Assembly: GCF_006345805.1 (NCBI RefSeq)
Contig: NW_021832231.1
Coordinates: 248,001 to 312,000 of the forward strand
From: Octopus sinensis
Taxonomy: Eukaryota
Direction of reading: 5' to 3'
DNA: 64,000 nt
The position numbers were made by a program, and so were the translations under genes. Below the pieces are notes generated by a model. It was given only the letters and a program-made list of their open reading frames with translations. It did no database searches and had not been told where the DNA came from. Below, piece after piece: positions 47,877 to 62,225 of the stretch (position 1 is the stretch's first letter; each line of letters begins with the position of its first letter).

Positions 47877-48782
47877 TGTCAGGGAAACAAATCTTCTCAT
47901 CGCTAGAGGAAATAAACTGCGAGTATCAGTTGACTTGTTAGATGAGTCAGCTTCCTTAATGGAATACGACGCGATAAGATGTCGAGACACGACGGTGTAG
48001 TTGCCTCAAAAAAGATATTAATAATGGACGTGGTACTTTGACCACCAAAACAATTCTGTCCAATGAGGACTTTGATGAATTTATGAAAGAATGCGAGCCA
48101 AAGATTACCCGCGAAGACATGAGCACAAATTATGTGTAGTCTGTCCTGAATTGCTCGATTACTTTTCCCGATTAAAGAATAAGGAACTGTATGAGGCATA
48201 TCTCAGACTGAAGAAATTCAAAGGAGTGGTTGAGGAGGATGGTTGTTGTGTGATATGGTTGATGCCAATTGCTGGAAGGAGGCGTTGGAAAAAGTGGGGT
48301 CCCTTTCAGAGACGGAGATTGGGTTTAATCCTGACCTCTACCAGGAGTGAGGTGTAAAGGTTGATTGTTGTGTGAGTTCTCAGAGCGAGGCATTGAAGAG
48401 CGAAAAAAACTAAACGGAAAATTGTGTGAGTTCATAGTGCTGACTCAAGTCATTCGAAGGTGGACTTATTAGTGAATGAGTGTGAGTTGAGTTCTGTGTA
48501 AGTGAATTGGTCAAGAATCAACGTCCGCTATTTGGGGGAGTCCACGTTGTGATTGACCAACTACACGTCAATCGAGTTGTGTTGTTGAGGCAGTTCTGCA
48601 CTGTCCTGGGAGTGAGGATATTGACTCATATTTATGGTCCCCTCCACATGATGGTGGTGTCTGCAGTGACATTGCTGGGTCGAGTGAACTACATCGTCGG
48701 AGAATTTGTGAATGCCTTTGCTTTGGCAATTCAAAATATTGCAAACCAGTCAAATAGAGCAATGTCCAGTCAAATAAAATAA
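47877..48782 (+). CDS. Unidentified multi-exon coding region, possibly decayed
   Basis: ATG at 47877, higher-GC charged or helical segments (DFDEFMKECEPKITREDM, NKELYEAYLRLKKFKG) separated by micro-intron-like tracts; no family recognised. Confidence 0.3.
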
Positions 48783-49321
48783 ATATTTAATAAAATAACA
48801 GTGTTGAGAAATTAAAAAAATATATATAAACAGATTATAGGAATAAACTCAAAAAATACCACATGATGAATTTTCAGATAATGTAGGCATTACAAAAATT
48901 ACATCACAGATTATTCCTTTTATTAAATCCATTTACATAAAAAATAAAGTGCGAATTAAAAATGAACATGATCAATTCCAACAAATAATTTATAAAAGGA
49001 TTATTCAAATAAAGGATTATTCAAACTACTCACAAAGATTAGTTCTTTTGGACGGATATCGTTCTCGATATTGCTTGGGAATTGCTTGTGGTTGTTCGAA
49101 CTTGATCCGTCCATTCTATTTATATTAAAATACTATTACATAATCGTTATTGCCTAATACTGATTACACCTTTTATTATTTCAAAAAACTTTGTCTATTT
49201 AGAAAAACCAAGCAAATTTGCCGTCTAATGGACACATCCAGTAACTACCACTGAGGGGTCTTAACTAAGCAATAGAAAGTGTGAGCAAATCCAAATAATG
49301 AAATTAGTGATTAATCAAATG

Positions 49322-50330
49322 TTAATAGTTCAGAGCACATATCATGGCCACTCTCCGCTTTATCCAGTAATCTGACTTTTCCCAACTAATAGATCTATCG
49401 AAAAAACAAAGTTAATGGAATGTCCCGTGGTGAACAGAGTTCCTATATATTTCTCCACCACATGACTCACCAGCTCTCGTCAGTGTCTTATAAACTGGAC
49501 ACACGTACAAGGAGTTGTCATAGTTTTTATTTTTTGTCGGAATCAGCCAGATTGGAGGCATTTCCACATACAGTTCCTTCGGTCTCGACTTCACCAGACG
49601 TCCCTCGTCCCATCGACCCTCCTCCATAAACAAGCCCATAATGTAACACCCACTCGAATGAGGACTGGATATATCCTCTCCTTCCAACACCTACACTGTG
49701 CTTCCGGCCATACTTTAAAGGAGAAACTTATTTTGTCAATTGAAATCACGTGCTTTTGGGCATAGTTTTGGAGAGTTCTCGTCAAGAAAGCCTGCGGAAA
49801 AAGAAACCCGAAATCAAAAATAATAAGCATATATCTTTTATGAGACCTTAGGAATCCCGCCATTTATCCAATCGCAGATGAACTTCGTCCGGTCCACCAA
49901 GTCCGTCATTCAGGCAAAGAGTGGTTTGAGTGAGGAATATCCTTAAAAACTAAAAAACAAAGAATACATATTTTTCCCACATCAAAGGAACTCTATTGGT
50001 GTACAAACTCTGTGCCATGTCCTCCAACTCCTGGGACATGACGACCAGTCCTTTGACGGGCTTGAGTAAGTCCTCCAAACACCTTCTAATGACACCAAGA
50101 AGACGAATGTAACTAACATATAATATTCTCCACTATATCTTCTTGGACGAAGACAGTGTTCATTGACTCTTCGTAAAGGACGGGCTACTTTGAGGATATT
50201 TCCACTATGTTGAATTCGAGAGGGAGAATGGCGAGGATATCCCTGGCAAGTTTGTCCACAACTTCAATCATAAACTAATAAACAGACATTTTCAGACGAA
50301 TATCCTTAGAACCAAATTATGGTCATATTT
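49322..50330 (-). pseudogene. DNAH1: Isolated 3' fragment of an inner-arm axonemal dynein heavy chain (DNAH1-like), introns retained
   Basis: PVLYEESMNTVFVQE, FLFPQAFLT..LQNYA, GLFME..RWD, CPVYKTLTRAG, TGHS.NFV, YWIKRRVAMICALNY*. In-frame TAG before PVLYEES; no upstream dynein sequence in the window. Confidence 0.8.
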
Positions 50331-51439
50331 TATAAACAACTAAAAAATTTTTAAAGGGTGAGACCGGCTACATTTGTAATCAAAAGAAGACAGAAACAAT
50401 TTGATGTTTCTAACCACATATCGTGGTACTAAAATTTCAAGGAATGCCAACATAATCTTGGTAAATAAATTACATCGAAAAAAGACAATGTTTAAAATTA
50501 AACAAGGTATTTTATAAGTTTAGTTTCTTTAGCAAAAATGTAGACGAGTAGTCCACTTGTGATAGATAGAGCAAGATACAATAACTATGATCAAAGCAAA
50601 TTAATTTTACCCAACAGGCGTGGATCATTTTTTGCTTTATAATTGGAGTCAATAAAAACAGAATTATCAAAGTGATTATGTTGGTGATCCACAAAATAAA
50701 AAGCACTGCTGTTTTCTGTGATAATTAAATATAAATATAAACAGCATAATCAACAAATTTCTGTACTCTTTCATGAAATATAACGGGCAAAGTAATGTGT
50801 AGTATGATTACTACGATCAACTCAATGATGGTATATTATTATGAAATAATTTGGACTTTCTCGCTCCTTGAACAGTATGACAATACAGGGCACAGAACAA
50901 ATCAGGAAAATCTATGAAAATAGAAAGCGTTTATAGTACATTTTCAACCAACATTATAACACTGATCTTTGATTTCAATTCAGAAAAATCAAACAGCATA
51001 TGAAACTGGGTTATCTCGGTCAATATATTCTATTTTCACAATAGTTAAAAAAGATATTATTCAAGTAATTAATTAAATGTATATTTATTGGCACTACTAT
51101 ATAGAGTTACATAAATGATCCCAAAAATGATATTTTGGATTTTTGCCGTTATTTGAGACCTTTTAAGCGTATTTCAAACCTTTAAGAACTGGCCACAAAA
51201 TGTATAAACAGAATGATGTCTGACCACATCACAAGGATAGAACACCAAAGTAGCAAAAGTTAGTAAAACAGAACGTGTATCGAATCGCATGTAGGAAGCC
51301 CAAAAACACGCCTAGATCTCCCCTGATTCAATTCACCTATTCGCCAATGAGTCTGCATTTTTCACAACCTTTATATTTTATATAGTTATCATTTCCACTG
51401 GAAAAAATATACAAAAAGTACCTGAAACGGATTCAGGCG

Positions 51440-51620
51440 AGGGAACATAAACTAAAATAATGAATTTAAACATAAAACCGGAAGATCACCAAATCTAGAC
51501 CATATTTCAATTGAACGAATAAAGTATGCTTCTGAGAACTTGGCATTAATTATTACCAAAATTGTTAATAAAATATTTGAAAGGTTAAATTGTACATAAA
51601 CTTCCTTTATACATACTAGC
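51440..51620 (+). mobile_element. RTE-like LINE remnant within a larger decayed tract (~50400-52300)
   Basis: RSPNLDHISIERIKYASENLALIITKIVNKIFER is homologous to KAPGPDNVNAELMKYAPEELQKLITYILNKTFEE at ~17270-17370. Confidence 0.55.
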
Positions 51621-52534
51621 AACAGAACTGAGAACTACCTCAAACTTTTTCTTTGGATTACGTGAAATACTATTTGGTTTTTAATCTTTGATATATTCTA
51701 TTCAGTACATTTAGCACAAAATGACAGAGAATAATTGTTATCAAAATTAAAAAACAAGATAAAAAATAGACTGAGTTTCTATTAGATCATAAAAAGTTCT
51801 CTACATAAACTGTAAATGAAGGAAACATACAGAAATGACATTTTCTCACCGTATAATTAAGATATTTGAATATGCTGATATAGTCTAAATCTTTATTGGT
51901 ATCAAGAGACAGTGTTTGAATAAAGCTCTCGTCAACAATTGTATGAACAGGTCGTATATAAATAAACTTATGAAAAGATAGTCATAATTTTTTTCTGAAA
52001 TATTGCAAAAATCAGAATATCCTAAATGGATCACAAAGTTTATGATGTTAGGGATTCCAAAATAAAGTCTCGCTTAAACTGGGGGAACTCAATATTAAAC
52101 AGAAAATATTATACTAAGAATTTTTGTTTTTAAATTGTCTTGAATCAAATAATAACAGGATTATGAAGAATTATGAGAAATTCTCGTGGAATAAAAATAT
52201 AGGTTTAAATTTAAAATAACTAGCAGAAATATAGGTATCTGAAACAAATTGCGGGGACAGAAATTAGTTTAAATTAAAAAATAATTTTGAATGCCTAGTT
52301 TTAGAAGTTAGATTGCTCCCTCGTGGATTACTTGTATTAATTTTTCTGGGATGAATAAAACAAAACCCACTATTCAGATTTTCGAAAAATCAAAGAGACG
52401 CCACTGGCCACCAGGTCTAGGCGGTGAGGCTCAGGAGTATTGGAATTGAATTCCATACTTTTAAAAATAGTCGCCCAAAGTGTAGTTGAATCCAAAGAAA
52501 CGGAAAAATTTTATTATCGAACAGCCAAAAGTAA

Positions 52535-53717
52535 TCAAAATAATTTATCACGTTTAGAGCCGTCAGAGATCAAATAAATGATACCACCGATGATACCGAC
52601 AATGATAAGGATGACGATCAAAGCAATTGAAAATCCCCGAGTTACTTTATCCTTGGATTTCGTCTCTATCTCACCTACTGTTGACTATACCAGTAATACC
52701 TACAAACTCGACATGTGGAACAATCCCATTCCATTCAGATTCAAACTCCCGAGAATCCTTAAATCTATAAAATCACAAAAACTTGTTCAGAATCCAAGTT
52801 GAGAATGCGAATTGAAAGCACATCATGATAATCTAAATCATCCCAAACAAATAAGCTACCAGTCAAGTCACCTGTGGCTGCAGTGACTCCAAAGTGAAGA
52901 TCAGAAGGAAGAAAGACATCCGACACGGAAAAACACTCCACCATCCCTTTATGCGAATAAATACTAGCCTTCGGGTCTCGAATATAAACCTAATCCCAAT
53001 AAAAAGACAAACTAATACAGAAAGTTTATTATCATCGTATATAACCAAGACTTGGGACATTGATTTCGGATTCCTGAAGTTATTACCACATCCTCCGATG
53101 GAAGTCTTACTCCCATCAGTAAGGTGGTCATACGGGTTGGTAGAGTCGTCCACGGAGGCGGACACATACGGATATTCGATCTAATCATTACGAATTGACA
53201 TACATTGTCCTGTCGGTTGTTGAAAGTATCAAAAAACACGCCCAGACCATAAAAGAGTTCTCCGTTCCCGAAGGCTTTCCCAGTCTGGTTAATGTCCCTG
53301 ACGTACCAAAAAGCCAATCCATCTCCAAATAAATCAGAGCCTTCGTTATGAACTTTAAATTCAAGTTGTACAGCCCAATAATGAGCTTTATTAGACTAAG
53401 ATTGTTTTTAGGGTGGTTTACCATTACTGACCAGATTCCGCCACTCTGAGACTTTTCGTTTGTAGTGAGAGATATTTTGTTGCTCAGAAACATTGCATCG
53501 CCCGTCAATCTCCACATCCGAAATATTTTCCAAGCTTTATATGTTTAGAGAGAAAAGTACATTCGAAGGGATAGTCGATTCCATAAATGTATTCGTCGTT
53601 GCTTTGCATTCGGTCCCAAATCTCGCTAAGAGAAGACTTGCCGAAAGATTTTTGCAATATTAGTAAAACAAATATAAAAATTTTCTAAATGTAAAGAACG
53701 ACACAATTGCTAACCAT
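52535..53717 (-). CDS. LMAN2: L-type lectin VIP36/LMAN2-like cargo receptor
   Basis: Signal MKIFIFVLLILQKSFG; WRLTGDA..ISLTTNEKSQSGGIWS; GDGLAFWYVRD; GLGVFFDTFNN; YDHLTDG..IGGC; TM plus tail KRDKLF*. Confidence 0.92.
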
Positions 53718-54039
53718 AAATTTTCAAACAAGAAAATAAAACTAATTATTACATTTATTTTTAAGCTTATTTTTTTAATCACTAAATATTTAATTTTTTA
53801 TATAAATCAAGAATATTAACTCTTTACTTAAAATAAAGTGTGTTCCTGCCTATGCAGGCTATAAAATACTATGGCCTTTGTGATAACGCTAATAATATAA
53901 TTAATCATATATCCTTTATCCGTGACTGTTTAGATCTGACTACTGTATGTAATTTGTTAAAAGCAGACTTAAACTCAGTGGCATTTTTAAAATTCTTATT
54001 TCCAAACCTTTCAGAACTTCAACTTTAGAGTATAGTTAC

Positions 54040-54900
54040 ACTTTCAGAAAAAAATTGAGAATAATCCATCGATAACATTGAAGGAATTACGAAAATTGGT
54101 AATTAATGAAGTTTGTATTGCGACAATATATAACCGACTTGATGGGCCTATTGATTACCTACAAAATGCTGCGAAGAGAACTAATTTCCAGAAATAGTCC
54201 GAATATAGAAAGATATTGCATTGGATTATCAACGTAATAAGTAAGTTAAGCCATATTCAACGATTCCGGCCATTGGCGATTCTGTAAGACAAGTCCCTCC
54301 ACGAAACTCTATCCCCCACCAGCTCTGCTATTTCCGACAAATGATGTCCGGTAGTTTCACACTTCAGATGTCCAGTTTAGTTTCGGTCTACCTGCTTCCT
54401 TTTAGCGAACGAGAACAGAATTGATTCAATACCATAATACAATCGAAATATAACAATGAAATTTTGGACAAAACAATTTCAATCTCTTTACATCAAAAAA
54501 ATTCGGCCGATTCTATATAGGATAACGTGCGATAGTTCCAGTAAGGGCAAGCAAAGGAGTAAATCTTAACGTCATTTTGGCAATTGATGACAATGAAACA
54601 ATTGTGAGATTTGAATCACACATTGGATCTATAAAATCAAAATTTAGCGATTTTATGACGGCATTATCTGACAGTTTAGCTGGAGAGGAAATTATTATTT
54701 ATATGGATAATTCTCCAATCCATAAAAACAAGGAAATTTTGAAGGCGTGCGAGTAGAATATACAATATGAAGATTTGATGCACCATATTCTCCGCAACTT
54801 ACTCCATGCGAAGGCTGTTTTTCGATTCTCAAGGCTAGGATAGACATTTATCCAATCACAACAATCCTCATAACAACGTTTATGCAGCAGGAAATCGTTT
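54040..54900 (+). mobile_element. Degenerate IS630/Tc1-like (DDE_3) transposase
   Basis: IENNPSITLKELR..ATIYNRL (HTH); MDNSPIH; APYSPQLTPCEGCFSILKA. Confidence 0.7.
54245..54400 (-). mobile_element. RTE LINE 3' end inserted into the IS630/Tc1 remnant
   Basis: Minus strand AGRPKLNWTSEV..AELVGDRVSWRDL matches the RTE C-terminal GRP..W....A.DR..WR motif. Confidence 0.65.
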
Positions 54901-55389
54901 TTAAACATTTTAAAATTGATTTTTGTGTCCTTTTTTAGTTTTTTAGAGTTGCGATAATTTTTGAGGAAAATCATATTTATTTATTCAACCTAAAGATCCG
55001 ATTTTGCAAGAGTACTTGAAATTTATTAACTAAAAATTAAAACTCTCAGCAGTAACGCATGAGAGTATACTAACACATGCTCAATTATAAATTATCCCGA
55101 CTACCTTCGGCTAATTTTGCCAATTACCTCGAAGTGTTTGAAATATTGTGTTTAATAGGAATTTAATAACTCCTGGATGAAGAGTGGATTAATCACGGTT
55201 TTATATTTGTATAAAAAATACCTTTTTTCTAGCTTTCTAAATTTTTTCAAAAATTTCTTAATTTATTAGACAATTAAATAATTTTAACACATGAATAAAT
55301 TCTGAGTGGTTGCAAAAGAAAATTCACGAATAATAAAGATTTTGACGATGGTTCAACAAAATCAAAATGATTGGAATAGAATCAATACC

Positions 55390-56654
55390 ACTCCAAAGAC
55401 AAGAAAATACTTTCCATCTTACTTATGTTAGGATTCACACGTATCTTGTTGATTCTATGGAAAAACCCCTCTGTTGCTTTGCCTCAAAACACTTGCAGCA
55501 GATAGTATGAGGCCATGCAAATTAAGAAGACATTTTGAAACGATGCATTCTGAACATGTCCATAAGTCTGAAGAATTTTTTAAAAGAAAATTAGAAGAGA
55601 GTTGATAACCAAACGAAATCGTTAAAAAAACTGGTTTGTCTCTTCAAATGCTTTACTAGCATCGTACAAAGTTTCTTACAGGATTGCAAAATGCAAGAAA
55701 CCGCACAATATCGGAGAAACTCTAGTTTGCCAGCAGCTATCGATATGGTTGAAGCAATGTTTGGCGAATCCTATGCAAAACAATTACAGCAAATACCGCT
55801 TGCTGATAACACAGTCGCTAGAAGAATTGAGACATATCTGAAGATCTTGTGATCAGTTGGTTTCTCGACTACGAACTGTAAATGTGCTATACAAGTTGAT
55901 GAGGGAGCTGACATAAATAAAAATGCACATTTAATTGCATATGTCAGATATGCTGAAGAAAGTACAATAATAGAAGATCTATTATTCTGCCAAACCATTT
56001 CCTGGAAGGAGCACGGCCAATGAAATTTTAATATAATTGATACTTTTTTTGAGAAAATAACATAGAATGGATCAATGTTGGACTTTGTACAGACGGAGCA
56101 CAGTCAATGTAGGAAATAAATCTGGTCTTCAAGCTCTTGTAAAAAACAAGAACCAGAAATTATCTGGACGCACTGCATGCTGCACAGATCAGCACTGTCT
56201 CAAAGAATATGAGTCCAGAACTGAATGATGAAAAAGAAAAATTGATAGAAATTGTCATGCGAAACATATTGAAACAAATTTGAGAGAGAACCGCTAATTC
56301 TTTTGGTTGAATGTAAGAACGGAATATGAAATTTGTCGAATAAAGCAATGCAAAGTTTTGTTGCCATTTGCTACTTCATATTTATGCGAAAACTGGATTT
56401 CTGCACTAGCTGCAATTAAATCTAAATATCGAACTCGTTTAGTAGTGACTAATGAGCTAAGAGTAGCACTCTCTGCGATGAACCAAGATTTGAAAAACTT
56501 TGCGCCAAGATGGAAAAAAAATTATCTCATTAACTTTTTGTTTTAAAAAATTGTTTTTGATAAAATAATAATTGTATTATATTATGGAATATAAAGGGAG
56601 GCGCAAGATTGTACTTTTTCTCTAAGGGAGGGCGAAAAAAAATGGAAACCTCTG
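55390..56654 (+). mobile_element. hAT Buster/Charlie (ZBED5-like) transposon, internally deleted and frameshifted
   Basis: RKYFPSY..GF, LAADSMRPCKLRRHFETMH, KKPHNIGETL, IPLADNTVARRI, QVDE, CTDGAQSM, WTHCMLHR, LLPFATSYLCE. Right TIR GGAAACCTCTG (56644-56654) followed by CTGTACAG, which fits the nnnTAnnn Buster target. Confidence 0.9.
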
Positions 56655-56662
56655 CTGTACAG

Positions 56663-57020
56663 GATGGAAGCGTGGTGCTACTCAAATTAACAGGAAATGC
56701 GAAAAAATCCGGCGCTATGCTCTGAAGCTAGCTTACAGGCTTGACCCACGAGGCCCGGTCCCAAGCTGGGCGAAAATCAGGTCCCCAGATATACGGCAGG
56801 TCATTGAGAAACCTATCCGGTCTTTCCGGAGACGATCTCACGTGACCGACCTATTTATCAATCGGGACCAGTAACGCCCAGCTTTCTCCAGACAGCAAAT
56901 AGACGTTTCCTCATAAGAGTTCGACTGCCTAGAGCAGTCGTCTCGTTGTATCAAATGTCAAAAAATTCTGTCCAAGTCTCTTGTTTTTTACAATAAAAAT
57001 TTCTGTCTGTCTGTTTCTGT
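56663..57020 (+). mobile_element. 3' fragment of the Jockey/I-like LINE family with (TGTC)n tail
   Basis: EKIRRYALKLAYRLDPRGPVPSW resembles EKTRRLALKVAFGVNLREKIPSW (~26850-26920); ends TCTGTCTGTCTGTTTCTG. Confidence 0.65.
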
Positions 57021-57817
57021 AAGAGTGACGTAAATTATTTCCAAATCTCATTATTTTTATTGTTCTTTTATTAATTGTGATTTGCTCCTATTCTCAGATG
57101 ATTTCAAACTCCGAAAAAAAGAAATGTTAATAATATATTCAGCCAAAAATATTTTCATCGATTGCAAGCAGTTTAGAAACTAACACAAATTGATAAAAAA
57201 GTCTCGAGAGAAAAAAATTAAAAACAATGAACCAATAACCTCAGTCAAAGTGGCTAGTAACTGTTTTTAAATTGAATACTTAATATATTTTATTTTTAGA
57301 TGATTTAATAATCCCACTTGGATGGAGAATTGATTAAATTCAAATTGATTAAATGATAATCTTTTAAGTTTTTATCCAGATTAATTTTAATCGAATTTAA
57401 TCATAGAACAATAAATTCAATTCCCGTCAACAAAAATCAAAAAAATTAAAAAGAAAATAATTAAAAACAGAATTATAAAACATAACTTGTTACTTTCAAA
57501 ATGGACAAAATATTGTATAAGAAAAACTAAGTTATGAATATACAAGAAGCTACTTCCTTTATATTCTGATCAGAAAAGCAATTCATCACATGAAGTTCAA
57601 AACCAGACACTTGAAATAGAACAAGTGCTCATTCTATCGAATTTTCAACCCTCCTCGATGAAGATCCCTCCAAATTCCAATTGAGTATAGAATACAGCTA
57701 AATGAACTGCATGACATATGCGAGATAAAACCGATTCTACATTTTCGGAATAAAAACAATAAACTTATAACTATCCTTAAGTAACCAAAAACTAAAAATT
57801 GAATAATATATTCAAAT

Positions 57818-60800
57818 CTATTTTGTTTGAAAAAGAGCAGTATAAAATGTTTCTTCTGTCATCTGAAGCCTCCACTTCTTAATAAATCGGTCGATATGAC
57901 TAGTCCTGGTCACATGAGGAAGTCGATCCCTCAAAATAAGCATATCCATCATTACTTATCCCGGATTATTCTAATCCGATGTCTATATATTCCGAGGACA
58001 GTCTTGCGGACAAGAGTCCCCAAATTATGAGGATTAACGACCATCCCATCACAAAGAGGTGAGGTGGCACTCAATGAAGCAGATCTGCAATTAATCGTCT
58101 TTAAACAACCTCACGGAATGAGTTTTGATATACACTCTACACAAACCCGACTTTAGAGGACATAAACATATCCCAACCACGTCTCTAATCTTACAACGAC
58201 AGTCGTAGGAATCGCATATCATCACTCCCAGGTCACCTGCACTCAAAATAAACAAACTCACTCAAAGGGAATTTGTTCACGTCGTCCGAATTTGTAAACC
58301 AGGCTATGATGACTACTGGCTCCATTGGAGTTCCAATCAGAGATGAAACTTCGTTGACTGCTTGTTAAGCACGTAGGCATACGAGGGGCAACAAAATTGG
58401 AGAAATAACTCGCAATAGCTTCAGGAGTGTTGTCGAAATATTGGAATTCCCCATCCTCCTCTCCGTGGAAGTCCGTCTTAAATGGATCGTGAGAATATTT
58501 TCTGTGTCGACCGGGCACGACGAATGCCAACTCATTGAGAACGTCAGTCCAATGTAAAATTTTTCCTCTTCCGTCAAATTGACTCAACAAATCCGAGTCC
58601 GTGGAAGACGAGACAAACCTCTGTTTCCAACACTGATAAAAACAGCCGAGAAACCCCGGCGAATCACGACATTCTTCCAATTTAATGCACGTTCCCAGCG
58701 AGAATAAAAAGTCCCCAAAACTGCCGAGTCTGGACAGTGGAAGTGCCTAAACCGTGGAGAAACAAAACCGACCGAATTCCCGACAATGTCATCTGCCCGT
58801 GACTGTCCATCAGTTACATAACACACAAATGCAGTGTTGTACAACTTAGATGGCAACAAATCCAACATTTTTAGTTCTTGGAAAAAATCACTTCTTGAAG
58901 AGTCGAGGTAAAAAAACGCTTCGCTGGATGACCCTTTCCCGCTCTACAGTAAAGAAGGAGAAATACCCGAATACAGTCATGAGATATCAATCCCAAATTC
59001 GACAAGAGTACACGAGTCGAATAGAAATAGTGATTAGTCCCCGCACAGGACGAAACACTTTCCATCGACACTCCATCCTCCACTTTCTTGGGACCAATAT
59101 CCGAAACTGTGTTTGCCGCCACTCTGTTCTCCAATTTGACCTGAGTATCCACCAATTGAGAAATTGCAAGCGACTTGGCTTTGGCTGCCACTTCGAGCAT
59201 GGCGGGAATGCTCATTTCACTGCACGTATTATTTATCGAATACCATTCCAGGTTATTCTCCCGAGTGGCTACAAAACAGGCAGGTTTGGGATAGTTTCGG
59301 AGAACTGGCAATTTCTCAGGACAGCAAGTCCTGGTTTTGTACGTTTCAGTGAGTCGAGGACTCGGAATTGCAATTTTATATAATTTTCTGGCGAAGGGCG
59401 TCCGGACTATGCAAAAAACAGAATCTGGGATTATTTAAAGAAAGAAACCTGTTGTGGTTTGCTGGACGACAGAAATGACCGTAGAATTGTCCATGGCGAA
59501 GAATTTGATATTTCCCTGCCTGTCTAAACCAACCACCCGATCCACCGAGCCTTCGTCGAAATCATTTTTATTCTGATCGACCTGAAGATAGAAACAAAAA
59601 CTCGAACGGGGTACGACATGACCAAATTCACCAGGAGTTCTCCAATATGACATAATCGAGTAATCCGGGGATCCACGACCACCACAGACTTTAACTTTCG
59701 AGCTGACGTAGGTGGCTGTTGTCGAGACGTCTTGCGAGGCTCAATCTGAATAAATGGGCGACATTACAGTTTGTGAGTTGGCAATATACTCAACAACTTC
59801 CATTATTAGCCTAACGCAGTAAGAATCACTCAAAATGTGCAGAGACGTCGAAAGCCATGCGAGAAGACAGTTATAAATGGCCAGGAGTATCGAGGACATT
59901 TCCAACCATCCATTTCCAGAGGACAAATTGTACTGAAATAAACGCAGGTGGATACCCTCATCTTTATAAATCCACATATCCACATGAGAGTTTTCCTTCT
60001 TTCATTCCTGTAGGACCAATTGAACTGAATTCTCCCCAACTCGGCCAAAGCATCAATTCCCAGTTGAATTTTGGGATTGGAACCACGCCAACTGTCAGTA
60101 ATACAGCCAGTCAGTTTATGAGAAAAGAAATCTATTCGGTCAACTGTAGTCCCTGGAAATGTCTGAGGAGATCCACCTTTGTTGTAAAACACAAAATGCT
60201 GTCCACGACTGGCCTCACTCAGTGAGATCTCGGTGACGGTGACAATAATCATATCTACCATAATCCACCCACATTTACTCAGAATCTGAGAGAGAGTGTC
60301 AATCTCCAATTTCATTGTGAGTGAACTGACAAGAATATCCACGACAAGACTACTAATGTCAATCCATGGCACAGAATTGTTCACATTGGGCCACGAGAGA
60401 CCTACTATTGATAACACAGCCAACTGAGGAATGACATGTCGTGGTAATAAGTCGGGATAGACACCACCGACAGGAGAATATCAATTATTCCTTCCAGTGC
60501 TTTACCCCCATCCAGTGCTCTGCCAAATCAGTCATTTTCCTTACGAGTAGTGGTCGTCATATTTCAATATAAACTCAGAAATGGAAACGAGAAAACGTTC
60601 CAAAATTATATTTGTGGCTGGAAAATTCAGAAGAAATAATTTTCCACAATTCGAGAATATTTGAACAAAAACATTGTCAAATTTCTACTGAATTAGCAAA
60701 TTTGGGCACCTCACAGCCTTCTCCCATGATTCTGAGAAGTGTGCAGTAAAACCTCACCAAATAAACAGGCAGAATGCACTCGGTAGGCTTCTTACTGCAA

Positions 60801-62225
60801 ACCAGTCGACACAAAGTCCCACAAGCGACAGAAATACCATTGACAAGATGTGAGGACAGTTCATTCAACAGCGGCATACTTTGCTCTCCAAATTGTTCCC
60901 GATAATTGGAAAATATCTCCGAAATGGACTCCCCGGAGAATAGAGAACTATATGAGGACCCATCAAACAGCCACACTCCAAAAAGGTTAAGAAGAGTGTC
61001 ACAATTAACCACCACATCACCCCGCGGTGACTCCCTGCAATACAACATGGAATCTGGGATATTAAATCAGATTACTTATAAATAAGTCGACTAACTGAGA
61101 TACACTCCTCATCGAGGCCTCAAAGTTCTTTGCAATACAATTTATTGTCTTGAGGATGACCGAAGACTCACAACTAGTTTTGGAGGAATTCATAATTTTG
61201 TCGGGGGAGGCCAGTCTCACTGGATTTCCCAAAACATGCAGATATCTGAACCAACAGTGGCCCAATACTCCACCAGGCATTGATTTAAAAAGTCTCCTAA
61301 CAATATCCAATTCATCTCCAAGAGAACGTGCTGAATTGGTAAGAAAAAAGTACCAATTAAGTACCCTTCGGGCAACATGTTATTCCGTCGGAGTAGTTCA
61401 TATGATGCTTCCATAGAAATAGAGTTCCAGATCTCGACCACAGCACCTCGGTCTATCCACAGCACGCAGAAATCGAAAAGAGTCTTCCACATTTTGGGAG
61501 AGGGGAAGTAGTGGAGAGCGACAGGGACCAAAATGTAAACAAATGAGCCAAGAGTGGTCTGTTGGTGACCGCGGCCTCTGAAATTGCTAAAAGACAAATA
61601 CGGATGTGCCAATCACGGAGTAGTCGGATTTCCGTCGTCTGCAGATAAAATTTGAGTGCAGCCTCCCAAGCTGGACAGTCCAGGTTAAACGAGTTTTCCA
61701 AAGCAGAGAACACTTTTGTGAGGACTGTGAAACACAGGCGGTTGTGAGAGGGGTAGAATCTAGCCTGATCTGTCATCATATTCATAAGGGGGTACCCTTA
61801 TCCTTTCGGTGGTGCATTAAATTAAGGAGATGGGAAAGAAGGAGTTGAAAGTACTGCAGTCTGTTTGTAAGAATGGGCAAAGGGACGAAATGGCCTTTGG
61901 TGGTGGTAAGAGAGAGGCCTTCAACCCACCTTAAATAGAGATGGACGACATCGGAGACCAAATTGTTGTCCCCGATGTTTAATGTGAGACAGTAACACAT
62001 TACTTCGAGCATCCATTGCGATTCTCGTTCATTTGTTAGCATCGATTCTGAGAAGATTATAACAGTTTTGTCACCTTGCTGGGTTTTGGAGGTTTCGAGA
62101 AGTTGTCGAATTGAGATTTGAGCAATTTCCTTCGCTGCCACAGGGTTTAGTTTGTCTAGAAAGGAGGGATGTGACAGCGAATCCATCAGTTCATTCGTGC
62201 AGGAACACCATTTCCGGTACATCAT
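57818..62225 (-). CDS. RALGAPB: Ral GTPase-activating protein subunit beta
   Basis: MYRKW..QWMLEVMCYCLTL..VPLPI..PSPKMWKTL; DTFSQILSKC; SVEGILEELII; NSLFHLFGVW-like; C-terminus PLCDGMVV..LVRKTV..PHVTR..FYTALF*, collinear with RALGAPB. Confidence 0.92.
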
